A stretch of 64,000 nucleotides of DNA from the human T2T-CHM13v2.0 reference genome, Homo sapiens, in the NCBI RefSeq assembly GCF_009914755.1, contig NC_060929.1, one strand, 5' to 3'. Both the position numbers and the translations under genes were made by a program. The notes below the pieces were generated by a model. That model searched no databases. It saw nothing but the letters and a program-made list of their open reading frames with translations, and had not been told where the DNA came from. The first letter of the stretch is position 1. Each line of letters opens with the position of its first letter. This document shows, one piece after another, positions 1 to 18,775 of the stretch.

Positions 1-130
1 ATAATGAAAAGAGGTATGTTGGAGATTCTCTAAAAGAAGAAAAAGAAAACTGCAATTATCCCAATTATACTTGTAGCATAAAGTTCAAATCAAAGGCAAA
101 CTTCAAATTTTAGAGTAATTAAAGAGGTAA

Positions 131-213
131 TTGCAGTTAAAATATTTTGGTTCATATATGTGGAAGTAAAAATTGCTTTATAATATTTTGGTTCATATAT
201 GTGGAAGTAAAAA
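131..213. repeat. Local tandem duplication, period 41 bp, 2 copies
   Basis: aatattttggttcatatatgtggaagtaaaaa occurs exactly at 141-172 and 182-213. Confidence 0.9.
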
Positions 214-2708
214 AAAATTATTCCCTTCCCATGAGAAGGGAACAGAAAATATGTCTGTTTCCACATTGCTGAATCATTCATGAACAAACTACAGATTATC
301 AGGTATGTTGCTTTTATCTGGCTTGACTTTTAGGGAATCAATCACAGTAATAAGCCTGATCCTACATAAAACTAATTCTGAATGAGAAAATGAAAATTTT
401 ATGCTTGACTGATGCTTGATGTACTTAGCACCCAGTTATAAAGAATTTGGTCTTTTTTTTTTCTTTTTGCTCGTCTTCTTTTCCGTTTCTCTTCTCTACT
501 CTATTTCAATGGGAATTTTCACGATAAACTCAGTCCCCAGGATTTTATCTTTCTAAATCTGGAGACCATTTATAGTGATATCTAACGGAGGAAAGAGGAT
601 GTTTTAAAAAATAGTAGATGCATGGCTTGGGGTTTCATAAGACAGGGAGTAAAGAGAGAGAATTAGAGCATCAGAGACCTCAGTAGCATATTAAAACCTG
701 GGAGATGACAGGAGATTTTATAAAGGGATGTCGTTTTATAAAACTGTGATTCAAACACAAGTCACTCAAATACTAACCTGAAAGTAGAATATAGTAAGTA
801 TAGTCTGGAATACTAGGCTAAGATGCTTGTCCTGTCCCTTTCTATCCAGAACATACATACAATGGTGCCAATGGTCTCCAGAGCACTAACAGGACAATTT
901 TGAATACTTCATTAGATAACCCAAACCACCAAACAGGCATTAAGCTATCATTTTCCAATCAACCACATTATCTTTTCTGTCTCTAAAAGATGGATATTTA
1001 AAGAGAGAGAATGTGTATATTCTATCTTGGGAAAAGTGGTAATTTTATTTCAGCTTTATGTACATCATTAAGTTGATGGGAATTATGAAGACCTAAATTA
1101 CATATGCGAGCCATTTCAGGCACTGGGCCCTCTGGTAGGAAGAGGCAGCCATCAAATCAGTCAGTTCAAGTCATCCTTGACATTAATAAGGTGGCTAGCT
1201 ATGATCACTTTAATAAATGACTTTCTGCTCCTATTAGCTGAGCGACTATACTCTAGCTCCTGTTCCCGAAGCATGTCACCAAACTAGTCTCCCAAAAAGT
1301 GTATTTAAAGGATACAACATTTTTTCAGTGTTTGTATTCAAATAAAAGCTTAAAATTTTAGGAGTCCCGGGCAAGATGGCTGAATGGGAACATCCTCAGT
1401 CTGCAGCTCCCAGTGAGACCAACGCAGAAGGCAGTTATTACTGCACTTCCAACTGAGGTACCTGGCTTATCTCATTAGGACTGGCTACACAGTGGGTGCA
1501 GCCCATGGAGGGTGAGCAGAGGCAGGGTGTGGCATCACCTCACCCAGGAAGCACAAGGGGTCAGGGAACTCCCTCCCCTAGCCCAGGGAAGCCATGAGGG
1601 ATTGTGCTGTGAGGGATGGTGCTATCCAGCCCAGATACTACACTTTTCCCACTGTCTTTGCAACCCACAGACCAGGAGATTCTTTCAGGTACCTACACCA
1701 GCAGGACCCTGGGTTTCAAGCACAAAGCTGGGCAGCCCATTTGGGCAGACACTCAGCTAGCTGCAAGAGTTTTTTTGTTTTTTTCATACACAGTGGTGCC
1801 TTGAACGCCAGTGAGACAGAACTGCTCACTCCCCTGGAAAGGCAGCTGAAGTGAGGGAGCCGAGTGCTCTTGCTCAGGGGATCCCACTCCAACAGAAACC
1901 AACAAGCTAAGATCCACTGGCTTTAAAATCTTGCTGCCAGCACAGCAGTCTGAAGTCGACCTGGGACACTCGAGCTTGATGTGGGGAGGGGTGTCCACCA
2001 TTACTGAGGCTTGAGTAGGCAGTTTTCCCCTCACAGTGTAAACAAAGCTGCCAGGAAGTTCAGACTGGCCATAGCCCACTGCAGCACCACAAAGCCACTG
2101 TAGCCAGACTGCCTCTCTAGATTCCTCCTCTCTGGACAGTGCATCTCTGAAAGAAGGGCAGCAGCCCCAGTCAGGGGCTTACAGATAAAACTCCCATCTC
2201 CCTGGGACAGAGCACCTGGGGGTAGGGACGGCTGTAGGTGCAGCTTCAGCAGACTTAAACATTCTTGCTTGCCGGCTCTGAAGAGAGCAGCAGATCTCCC
2301 AGCACAGTGCTCAAGCTCTGCTAAGGGACAGACTGCCTCCTCAAATGGGTTCCTGAACCCCATGCCTCCAGACAGGGAGACACCTCCCAGCAGGGGTCAA
2401 AAGACACCTAATACAAGAGAGCTCCAACTGGCATCTGACAGGTGACCCTCTGGGACGAAGCTTCCAGAGGAAGGAGCAGGCAGCAATCTTTATGTTCTGC
2501 AGCCTCTGCTTGTGATACCCAGGCAAACAGGTTCTGGAGTGGGCCTCCAGCAAATTCCAGCAGACCAGCAGAAGAGAGGCCTGACTGTTAAAAGGAAAAC
2601 TAACACACAGAAAGCAATAGCATCAACATCAACAAAAAGGATGAACACTCAAAAACCCCATGCAAAGGGAACCAACATCAAAAACCAAAGGTAGACAAAT
2701 CCACCAAG

Positions 2709-3733
2709 TTGAGGAGAAACCAGTACAAAAAGGCTGAAAACTCCAAAAACCAGAATGCCTCTTCTCCTCCAAAGGATCACAACTCCTCACCAGCAAGGGA
2801 ACAAAACTGGATGGAGAATGAGTTTGATGAACTGACAGAAGTAGGCTCTGGAAGATGGGTAATAACAAACTCCTCCAAGCTAAAGGAGCATGTTCTAACC
2901 CAATGCAAGGAAGCTAAGAACCTAGATAAAAGGTTACAGAAACTGCTAACTAGAATAACCAGTTTAGAGACGAACATAAATGACTTGATGGAGCTGAAAA
3001 ACACAGCATGAGAACTTTGTGAAGCAGACACATGTATCAATAGCTGAATTGACCAAGTGGAAGAAAGGATATCAGAAATTGAAGATCAACTTAATAAAAT
3101 AAACCCTGAAGACAAGATTAGAGAAAAAAGAATGAAAGGAATGAACAAAGCCTTCAAGAAATATGGGACTATGTGAAGAGACCAAACCTACGTTTGATTG
3201 GTGTAGCCAAAAGTGATGGGGAAAATGGAACCAAGTTAGAAAACACTCTTCAAGATATTATCCAGGAGAACTTCCCCAATCTAGCAAGATAGGCCAACAT
3301 TCAAATTCAGGAAATATGAAGAACACCACAAAGATACTCCTTGAGAAGAGCAACTCCAAGACACATAATTGTCAGATTCAGAAAGGTTGAAATGAAGGAA
3401 AAAATGTTAAGGGCAGCCAGAGAGAAAGATCAGGCTACCCACAAAGGGAAGCGCATCAGACTAACAGCAGATGTCTCTGCAGAAACCCTACAAGCCAGAA
3501 GACAGTGGGGACCAACATTCAACATTCTTAAAGAAAAGAATTTTCAACCCAGAATGGTATATCCAGCCAAATTAAGCTTCGTAAGTGAAGGAGAAATAAA
3601 ATCCTTTACAGACAAGCAAATGCTGAGGGATTTTGTCATGACCAGGCCTGCCTTACAAGAGCTCCTGAAGGAAGCACTAAATATAGAAAGGAAAAACCAG
3701 TACCAGCTACTGCAAAAACAAACCAAATTGTAA
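2709..3733 (+). pseudogene. Disrupted L1 ORF1p
   Basis: ORF1p-like peptides (RRNQYKKAENSKNQ..., ...PRHIIVRF...RPALQELLKEAL); start codon mutated to TTG; stop at 3009-3011 and further disruptions. Confidence 0.9.
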
Positions 3734-3796
3734 AGACCATCAACACTATGAAGAAACTGCATCACCTAATGGGCAAAATAACCAGCAAGCATTATA

Positions 3797-7898
<4,102 letters not shown>

Positions 7899-8056
7899 AC
7901 AATGAGCACATATGGGCACAGGGAGGGGAACATCACACACTGGGGCCTGTCGGGGGTTGGGAGATAAGGGTAGGGATAGCATTAGGAGAAATCCCTAATG
8001 TAGATGACGAATTGATAGGTGCAGCAAACCACCATGGCACATGTATACCTATGTGA

Positions 8057-8435
<379 letters not shown>

Positions 8436-8955
8436 AATAAAAAATTTTTTAAGGGCAAGAATATTAGAAAAAAATTGGACCCGTGACTCAGTATCTCTTC
8501 AGTAGAAGTAGTAATCAAGGCAAATGTTTACTGTTAGGTTTGTTGAACATAGATGTGTGGACAGAAGCTTAATGTCCGTGCAATCTGTTTCCAGTGCATT
8601 AGCCATTACATTACAAAAAACAAACAAAATTCTTTCTTGTTTAAAATGTGTTCCCCATGCTCAGAATCAATCTTGATCAACAGACTGCAGTATAATTTGA
8701 TGGTTCAGAGATGAGAAGATTATGGACATATTTCAGTTAAAAAACAAATAGAGAGAAGACAACTTAATGCATTATGCATCTAACAATGTTTCTGAAAAAC
8801 ATTTAGGAGTTCTCCAAGTCAATTCTGCACAGAGTCTTGGTCTACATTGCCAAACAATATAATATAGATGAATTACTTACGGAGAAGCTATAGGAAAACT
8901 TCTGTTTTTTCACATAACAAACTCTTTGTTAAAACATTATTTATTTATTTATTAT

Positions 8956-9257
8956 CTTTTTTTTTTTTTTTTTTTTGAGACAGAGTCTCACTCTGTCACC
9001 CAGGCTGGAGTGCAGTGGCACCATCTCATCTCACTGCAATCTCTGCCTCCCGGGTTCATCGGTTCACCTGCCTCAGCCTCCCAAGTAGCTGGGATTACAG
9101 GCACGTGCCACCATGACCGGCTAATTTTTATATTTTTGGTAGATACAGGGTTTCACCATGTTGGCCAGGCTGGTCTCAAACTCCTGACCTCAGGTGATCC
9201 ACCCACCTCAGCCTCCCAAAGTGCTGGGATTACAGGTGTGAGCCACTGTACCCAGCC
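8956..9257 (-). mobile_element. AluSx-like
   Basis: Poly-T followed by gagacagagtctcactctgtcacccaggctggag ... cctcaggtgatcc. Confidence 0.95.
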
Positions 9258-9364
9258 AATAAATTCTTAATATATATTTAAAAGTTGAGTGTGCAAAAAT
9301 AAAATCATCTGTGTTTAATTCTAGCCCCACCAATTAAAAGATCCTGAATTACTTGACATCTCTC

Positions 9365-9950
9365 ATTCAGACATTTATTCATTCAACAGATATTTATCAT
9401 TTGCCTATTATGTTTGAGCCACTGTCCTAGGGTCTGGGAATACAGAAGTCAACAAAAGAGGCTCCAATTCCTGACTTTCACTTTTAAATGAGTGAGTTAA
9501 TATAAGAGATTGCAGACAAACATACAGTATATTAAAATGTGAGAAATGATAGAAAGCAAAATAAGGAAAGCAGAGAATGGGTTATGAATTACTGAGGGAT
9601 GGCATTTTAGATAGGGCCAGGTAAGGTGTCCCCCGAAGATGACTTTGGATGATGACCTGAAGGAAGTAAGGGAGCAAGTCATGCAGATAACCATCCAGGG
9701 AAAGGGCATTCCAAAGGTAGCAAGTACAAAAGCTCTGAGGCAAGACTGTGCCTCACAAGAAAAGAGGTGCAGATGGCGAGCACAGAAAAGTGAAGAGCAG
9801 AGTGGCAGAGGAGGTCAGAAAAATGGTAGGGTGGGGGCTAGGGGACAGACCATGAAGACCTCATAATACGCAGAGAGAATCTCAGAGGAAATAAGAAAGC
9901 CTTGGAGGTCTTTCAGAAGAGAAGTGATATGATCCGGCTTACATTTGATA
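9365..9950 (-). mobile_element. L2 3' fragment
   Basis: attcattcaacagatatttat (reverse L2 tail) followed by typical purine-rich antisense L2 sequence. Confidence 0.75.
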
Positions 9951-9954
9951 GAAA

Positions 9955-10050
9955 TAATAATAATTCATCCCCATAGGTTTACTGAAAGATTAAATAAGAT
10001 AATTGATGTAAAATGCTTCCCTCAGAGCATGGCAAAAGGTAAACATAAAA
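9955..10050 (+). mobile_element. MIR 3' fragment
   Basis: cataggtttactgaaagattaaataagataat...gtaaaatgctt resembles the MIR 3' half. Confidence 0.6.
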
Positions 10051-11180
10051 TATTCACCGCTGTAATTATTTTTGTTATCTAGATAGAGATTAGGAAAGCA
10101 TAATCAAAAATAAAGTTGTTGTACAATATTATAGATTAGGTTTCTTATTTTTTTATTTTGCTTTTATCCTTCAAAAATTAGATCTATAACCCAAGGGGAG
10201 AAAGAGAAATAACAAGGATATGCTTTAGTTCAAAGACCAAGTGAAGAAAATTTCTGAAACAATAAAGTCTTATTTTTAAAATGGAGGAAGAAACTTAAAG
10301 GTACAAAAGAGAGGGAAATTAAAGTTTCCAGGTAAACCTCTCAATATTTGAAGCACATAAATAATTGGAAATCTTATTGAGGCAATTTGAATTGATGTTT
10401 CTTCTAACTTAGGCCTAGGAAGTAGCATCAAAATGTGTTTGGATGACTTCAGCAAAGAGTTTTACTTAATAAATAGAAAGAATTTGTTGTAAATAGATTC
10501 GAAGAAATATACTAATAGACTTCCCTGCTGGCTGAGCAAGATTACTTTAGTAAAGCAAGGCAAAAGATACTATTGCCTACTTAAACATTCTGGCATAAAA
10601 AATAATACAGAAGCTGGGCTTCAGAGAAAAAAACAAACAGATCATGCTCAAAACATCATGGGAAACAAAGTCTATCATATTTCTTCCAATAAATCATCAC
10701 AAGGGTACAATAGGCACAAATGATATGAAGAATGGAGAGGGATTTTTGATTTGAACTTTCAGAGAACCTTGCAGGATCTTATTTCACACAGAGCCCACAG
10801 AATAGTATATTATATCTTTCATTTTTATATCGTTTTATGTATTTTGCTCCTTTAAAAAGAATTTATCGATTACCTATTATGTGCAAGGGGCTGTGGAAAA
10901 TAGAAAATTGTGTAAGACATGGTACTTTCCTCCCAAGAAACTCACATTACAGCAAAGGATGACGAGGCATAGACTATATTTCACTGGACATAAGGCACCA
11001 TGAATTTAAGTTAAACCAAAATAAGAAATTCATAGAAAAAAGAAAATCTAACTATACATAGGATTTTAAAAACATACTCCAATTTCAGAAACATTGAAAT
11101 AGGAAACGCATACATTTATATACAAAGCAGTTATATAAATATCTACCCAAGAGGAAGCATAAGGAACAAGGATACTTTTT

Positions 11181-11858
11181 TAAAAAATGTTTTCATTTCC
11201 ATAGGTTATTGGGGAACAGGTAGTGTTTGGTTACATGAGTAAGTTCTTTAGTGGTGATTTGTGAGACTTTGGTGCACCCATCACCTGAGCAGTAAACACT
11301 GCCACTCAATTTGTAGTATTTTATCTCTCACCCATTGCCCACCCTTTCCCCCTGAGTCCCCAAAATCCATTGTCTTTCTTATGCCTTTGCATCCTCATAG
11401 ATTAGCTCCCACTTATAAATGGGAACATACAATGTTTGGTTTTCCATTCCTGAGTTACTTTACTCAGAATAATACTCTCCAATCTCATCCAGGTTGCTGT
11501 GAATGTCACTAAGTCATTCCTTTTTATGGCTGAGTAGTATTTCATCATATATATATACACCACAGTTTCTTTATCCACTTATTGATTGATGGGCATTTGG
11601 GTTGGTTCCACATTTTTTGCAACCCTTCCAGACATTGGCTTAGGCAAGGATTTCATGACCAGGAATCCAAAAGCAAATACAATAAAAACAAAGATAAATA
11701 GCTGGGACTTGATTAAATTAAAAAGCTTTTGTATGGCAAAAGGAACAGTCAGCAGAGTAAACAGACAACCGACAGAGTGGGAGAAAATCTTCACAATCTA
11801 TATATCTGACAAAGGACTAATATCCAGAATCTACAATGAACTCAAACAAATTAGCAAG
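11181..11858 (-). mobile_element. L1PB1-like 3' fragment with 5' inversion
   Basis: Reverse L1PB 3' end at ~11181-11620, then a forward ORF2 segment at ~11621-11858; TSD caaggat(a/g)cttttt at 11167-11180 and 11855-11868. Confidence 0.9.
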
Positions 11859-12091
11859 GATGCTTTTTGAAATTGTTAGGTGCCATAGCAGTACAAAGAA
11901 AAAAGATATTAATTACTATTGGGTCAGATGGATAGCAAAACCCAGATGATGTTAATATTTCAGCTGGGTTTTAAAAAGAGAGATAGAAATTCTATCATGG
12001 CAATGCTGGGTGAGAAATGCATTCCAGGCAGAGGAAATAGCACATGTAGAGGCACAGAGTAAAAATTAATTTCACAGAAGAGCAGTCATAA

Positions 12092-12433
<342 letters not shown>

Positions 12434-13529
12434 TTAGACCCAGTTCTAGAGGGCTTTAAATGCTAGATAAAAGATTGTTAAACATTGCCCTGCCAGAAAC
12501 TAATAAGTTTTAAAAGTAGAGGGCAATTGCTCTCCTATACGTGGTTAAGGAAGATTAACAAAACAGCCGTCCACAGTGGGCTGTAGGGAAGCTTGTCTTC
12601 AGAGTGGGACACCAGTGAGGAATCTTTCATAATAATATAGGGAAGAGGTGCCAAACTGAACCAGGGAGGCTAAAATGTGGGTTGAAAAGAAATGGATGTG
12701 CCTCTCCCTTTATAGTGCTTTTACTTACATGTGATACACAGTAATGTGGCACAGGAAGAATAATAACTAACTTAGATTCTGATAAAGACATCAAGATAGA
12801 ACATGTGTGAATTTTTTTTAACTATATGTAGGTAGAGGCAGAATCAGCCACAGAAAACAATTTCACTGCCTCAGAGGGCAGATCTGTTATTCTCTTCTCA
12901 GCATATTACCTAACTCTCATGGAGGTTTCTGGTCAAGAATTAAAAAATGAATATTTTAGGAGAAATTGAATATTACAACTTAAGTGCTTCACCAAAGATG
13001 ACTACAGTGACTCAGCAGTTCAATGTTATTCCACTGTTGACATTTTTGTGACTGTGACAGTTTGTAATGGCATTTCGTCCACACCCAACCTGTGGCCATG
13101 TAATCAGTAGTTTATAGTTGGTGACTTCATGGGACGAGCCATGAACCAAAATTTTGGCTAATTTATTAAGCAAGATTGAATTTAGGAGCAAGGAGACTCA
13201 GTCAGGGCCTCCAAGGATGGCCAGTAGGTTGTATCCTGCACATGGCACTCAGCTGAAGGGGTGAGCAGGAGCAGGTTCTGCTTCCCAAGCCACGCACGCT
13301 GTGGCAGGGTTGCTTCATTTTTCTCAATGACCCACGTGGAAGGCCAAGTAGTCTAGGCCAAGGAGACTTCTGGAGGGAAAAGGAGAGTCACAATGGAGAG
13401 TACCAGAGGGGAGCCAGGACCAGATCTGCATTTTGGAAGAGCTCCCCTACCCCCAGAGAGGAATCAGAGGAGGGAATCCATATTTTCTATTTCAAAAAAT
13501 AAAATCTTTCTGAAAGAGACTGGACATGT

Positions 13530-13586
13530 ACACATCATCAAAGAAATTTTGTTTCACACATCATCAAAAGAAATTTTATTTAACAC
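13530..13586. repeat. Imperfect tandem duplication, ~26-27 bp
   Basis: acacatcatcaaagaaattttgtttc followed by acacatcatcaaaagaaattttattta. Confidence 0.85.
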
Positions 13587-14138
13587 TAATAGACTAATTA
13601 CCAATTAAAATGGACTAACTTCTCCAAGCATCACTTAGATACTGAACATTAGTTCTCACTTTCCAAAGAACTCCTTCCTTTGATATTTTGGTACAGTAGA
13701 TTTAAAAACGATGACCAAAAATGATGGAACAATATCAGAATCACCTTGGGTGCTTCATATTTCAGATTATGAATCAGTAGGACTGGATTCAGATGTGAAA
13801 ATATGTGGCAACCAGATTTTGGAAATACTGCTTCAAGGCATACTGTGACCAATAAATAGTTCACATGCAACTCATGAGAATAAATTAGTTTTTACCTTTA
13901 AATGCCATAATAGCTTCCATTTTTCAATGTATTTCATGCCATTCTTTCCCAAGCAACCAACCTCTATCTTTCAAGATAATTATATTAATGGTTGATACTA
14001 AATATATATGAAAACCATGTATTATTTTGTGTCTGACATCTTTTAAGATTATTCATGGTATAGTGTGCATCAGTAGTGTGTTCATTTTTATTGCTGAGCA
14101 TAATAAAAAGGTTGGCAATGAAGGAGTAATCTTGATAA

Positions 14139-14463
<325 letters not shown>

Positions 14464-14849
14464 AAAATTTTTCTTGATTAGTAAATATTTACATATATAG
14501 GTACACACATTACACATGCTACAAACTTCATTTACAGTTTCAAGATTGTTATATTTGTATCTATAAGGTTTATGGTATAATTTATTGGCTTTGAGCAACT
14601 GTTGCATATTTAATGTCTCCCAAAAAGTGTTATTCAATGAAGAGAAGAAGAAAAAGGTCACTTTGGTCAAATTATTTGAAGGACGAACCTTTTAGATTAT
14701 TGCATTGATAATGAATTTATTCCACTTCTCTAGTAAAATATCTTCAATACTTCTTGATTATTCTAGAGAAACAAACATAAATATCTGATAGGTATTTTGT
14801 ATAAACTCTAAAAAGTCAACAGGGAAAGGACCAGAAAAAAATACTCCAA

Positions 14850-15935
14850 AGCAAATCCCCACAGACATTTTCTGTGAAGAGCCAGACAGTAATAGTTTAG
14901 GCTTTGTGGGCTATATGGTGTCTGTGACAACTCTGCCATTATGGCATGAGAGCAGTCACAGGCAAAATGTAAACGAATGAGCATGGCTATGTTCCAATAA
15001 AATTATATTTATAAAAACAGGCAATTAGCAGGTAAGAGATACCACTAAGCACCCACTATAGGGGCTAAAATACAAAACACTGTCAACACTAAATGCTGGC
15101 AAGAATGTGAAGCAACAAAATCTCTCACTCATTGCTGGTGTCAATGCACAATGGTACAACTGCTTTGGAAGACATCTTGACAGTTTCTTACAAAGCTAAG
15201 CATAGTATATTACCAAATGATCCAGCAATGGTCCTCCTAGATATTTACTTAAATAAGTTAAACACTAATGTTCATACAAAAACCTGCACACGGGTGTTTG
15301 TAGTAGCTTTATTCATGATCTCCAATAATGGGAAGCAATTAAGATAAACAACTTGTGATACAGTTGTACAATGGGATATTATTCAGCAATTAGAATAAAT
15401 GTGCTATCAAATCTCAACTAGACATAGCAGAACCTTAAATGCATATTGCTAAGCGAAAGAAGCCAGTCTGAAAAGGCTACGTACTGTATGTTTCTCACTA
15501 TATAACATTCTGCAAAAGTCAAACTAAAAGACAATGGTTACGGGTAGGGAGGGGAAGGATGAACAGGTGGAGCATGGGAGAATTTGACAGCAGTGAAGGT
15601 ATTCCATATGACACTGTAATAGTGTGTACATGACATTATGCACTGGGAAACACCCATACAATGTACAACACAAAGAGTGAACCCTAATGTAAACTATGGA
15701 CTTTAGTTAATAAAAATGCATCAATATTGGTTTACACATTTTAACAAATATACCAAAGGGAAGATATTAATAGCAATGGAAACTATGGTCTGGGTGGACA
15801 GAATATATGGGAACTCTATAGTTTCTGTTCAATTCTTTTGTAAACCTAAATCAGGTCTAAGGTCTAAGGAAAAAAAAAACAGAAAACAGGCAATGAGCCC
15901 CATTTGGCCTGTGGGTTACAGTTTGCTGATACCTG
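14850..15935 (+). mobile_element. MER58A-like hAT MITE split by an L1MC insertion
   Basis: ttttctgtgaagagccagacagtaatagtttaggctttgtggg...gttccaataaaa at 14867-15029, resuming as tttggcctgtgggttacagtttgctgatacctg at ~15903-15935. Confidence 0.8.
15030..15882 (+). mobile_element. L1MC1/2-like 3' fragment
   Basis: ORF2 C-terminal remnant and 3'UTR (gtgaaccctaatgtaaactatggactttag); TSD aaaacaggcaat(t/g)agc. Confidence 0.85.
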
Positions 15936-16245
15936 TTCTAAAGAATGAAAACATCATCAGAGAACACTTGGAATTTCTGAAGTTGTCATTGCGAATTTCA
16001 CTTACTCTGAGGAAATTCATTCAATGTGGCTTTCAGAATTTTTTTGGAAAAGGAGTCTTCTCATAATAGCCATCCTGACAATTACACTCATATGCTTATT
16101 TCTACAGCAGAAAGTTATCCATTATATCATCTTTTCATAGATGCCAACAGTTAAGCCTATCCTTGCTTCAGCATTAAGGGTCTTCCCCATAACCCAGCAG
16201 AACACCTGTGCTGGGAAACCTGGCATACCTTATTGCAAACATAAG

Positions 16246-16295
16246 CAGAGCTCAAGTTATGTCTCACCTACAGAGCTCAAGTTATGTCTCACCTA
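16246..16295. repeat. Perfect 25-bp tandem duplication
   Basis: cagagctcaagttatgtctcaccta twice in tandem. Confidence 0.95.
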
Positions 16296-18775
16296 GGCTG
16301 CTGGAAAATTCTCCATGTGATTGGATACTTCATGGCTCTCTTTAATAGATTCATCTTTTATACTTTAGAAAGCTTCATCTTCTAGAGTTTTCACTTGTTA
16401 TGTTACCACTAGTCACACAGGAAATAAACCTAACATTTATTTTTAGGTTCTATAAACTTAATCTTCCTCAATCTTCATGGATACTTACAGCAGAAATGTT
16501 TATTGCATTTTAAGATACTTAATAGAATATGAGTAGAATTTGTTTTACTCAAAATGATACATGTATTCTTGGTAACAATACCATAAATAATCTGTTTTAC
16601 ATTTAATGTGACATTAAAAATACATATTCAATGATGTCATTATTATTCTATATACTGAGTTGTTTTTGTTTGTGTTGCAAAATTATAGCAATAAAATTTA
16701 CTTTAACTGCAATTGTGGATGCAATTATGACTTTTATTTTCTTATAATTTGCCATAAATCATAAATAATATAATGCCTATAAAAAGCACAGCTGTCTTTC
16801 TTGGGGAAAAAATGTTTTTTTATTCTTGTAATTAGAGTAGAATCTGTCAAAAGTCAAGAGTAGAATTTTAGCTAACTCGGCATCCCCCAGCTGCTGGGTG
16901 ATATAGGATGTGTAAAAGCCTTGTTTTCCTTAGGAAAAAACTATAGCTGCTCTAAGAGTTTTAACATGCACAGTTTTGTCCCTTTTATATAATTTTCAAC
17001 AGAGAATATACTGAGTAAAAGTGGTAAAGTAGTCAAACTTCAATCACGTAGCATGAGGATCATATTGGTTAGCTTGTAGGGGTAGGATGTCTGAGTTGAA
17101 ATGAAATATTTTTCTTAATATTTGTAAACATAGCTACTTTCTGTCTATAAAAGACTGACAATGTTCTTTCCTGACCGTATCCATAAGTAGGCCAGCAGCC
17201 ATCTTGAAAAGTGATGGATATGTATATTGTGGAGAGGGTAGAATAGAAAAGAGAGTAGCCAGAATATTCTTTTAAGTAGAAACAAGAGTATCTAAGTTAT
17301 GAATTGAGTTTATCAAGTGTTCTGTTCTTGAGAAAGTATAAATAATCTTTAGAGGCATAATAGAGACATCTTAGACAACCAGCTATTTATCACATACAAT
17401 GCCATCGCAGAAGCCAGCACATAAACAAAGCAAGGTTAAATACATAAGAATCCCTGTGCCATATAACTGCAGTTTGTCCTAATATCCTTTTTCTTTTTGT
17501 CTCTGGATTTGTATATGTGGGAGGAAGGCAAGGAGAGAATCAGAGCTTGCAAGGAGAATTTCGCCTTGTTATTTTGCTAATTTAATGTTCAGTATCTGGT
17601 CCACCTGCTGCTGTGCATGAGCTGCGGTGATCTGACACTGATCATGAAATGCTGATTGAAAAATAATGAAGAGTTGACTTTAGATTCAAATTCTTTGTGG
17701 GTGAACTAACAACATTCAAGCTTATTAGGACAAGTTAATAACTAACCAAATTTGTGCTTTTGAACTATTTTAACAGATGGCTGCTTTATCTGGTTTCATA
17801 TATCTTTCATAAGCTCGAAAACTACTCATTTACATTTTCTTTACATCTTAGAAAATAATTGCTGTGGTTTTTCACTTTTTATTCTCTTATGCATTTAAGT
17901 TTCCATGTTGAAATTTTCGCCTGGACTTTTTCTACTTTACAGTGGCAAGATTAGAATAAGTTAGTAATAATTAAGTGTGAGCCAGAAGCATATGTAATTT
18001 TTAACATATGCCTTGGAAACTAAAGTTGCCTAAGGAAAACACTTATTTCCTCAACTGAAAAATGTGAGATTCTGAGTTTGTCAGAGTATCTTCTTATATA
18101 AGAAAATTTTTCAAAAGTTAGAAAAATTTTAAGGCAATAACATGATTTTTCTAATAGTGACAGTGACTTTCCATAACTGCAAACAGATATTTAAGCAACT
18201 ATGACAAAGTCACATCTCAAAGGTGCTTATAGGGCAAAGTTTTTCAATGGCTCTATGCAATTTATACACCATCCTAAATTTAGAAATCTTTAACAAGTAT
18301 CATATTTAATATGGTGCATTACACCAATATGGAAGTTATCCCAATCAGTAGATACTTTCCTCTCCTATTGTCTAACATAATCTACTTCTTCCAGAAACAC
18401 TTGACTTTTTTTTTTTTTAATGAACACTCTTCATTATTTTTCATTCACTGACAGGGCTTCCCTTTAATCAAGTATAATAACTGCTGCATGAAAGAAAGAG
18501 TAAGCCTTGATCTTTGAGAAGAAACATATAGGCACGTATGGTGAAGAGATGATTAATTAATTAAGTATTCAAAAAACTTCTTAAAAAATGGTAGCAGGTC
18601 TAAGAATATCATCATTACCATCTGAAAAAAACAAGCAAACTAGTTTCCTATACAAACTAGTTCAATGATTCTGCAGCCAATCAATAACATTACATCCAAA
18701 ATTACCTGAAGTACTCAGAGAACAAAGCTTATTCTTCCTGTTACACTTCCCAAACACAAATAAAAACTAGGATGA

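Noticed and set aside
17598-17611. CTCF-like motif (reverse gcagcaggtggacc)
   Set aside because: Mismatches at conserved core positions; too weak without ChIP data.
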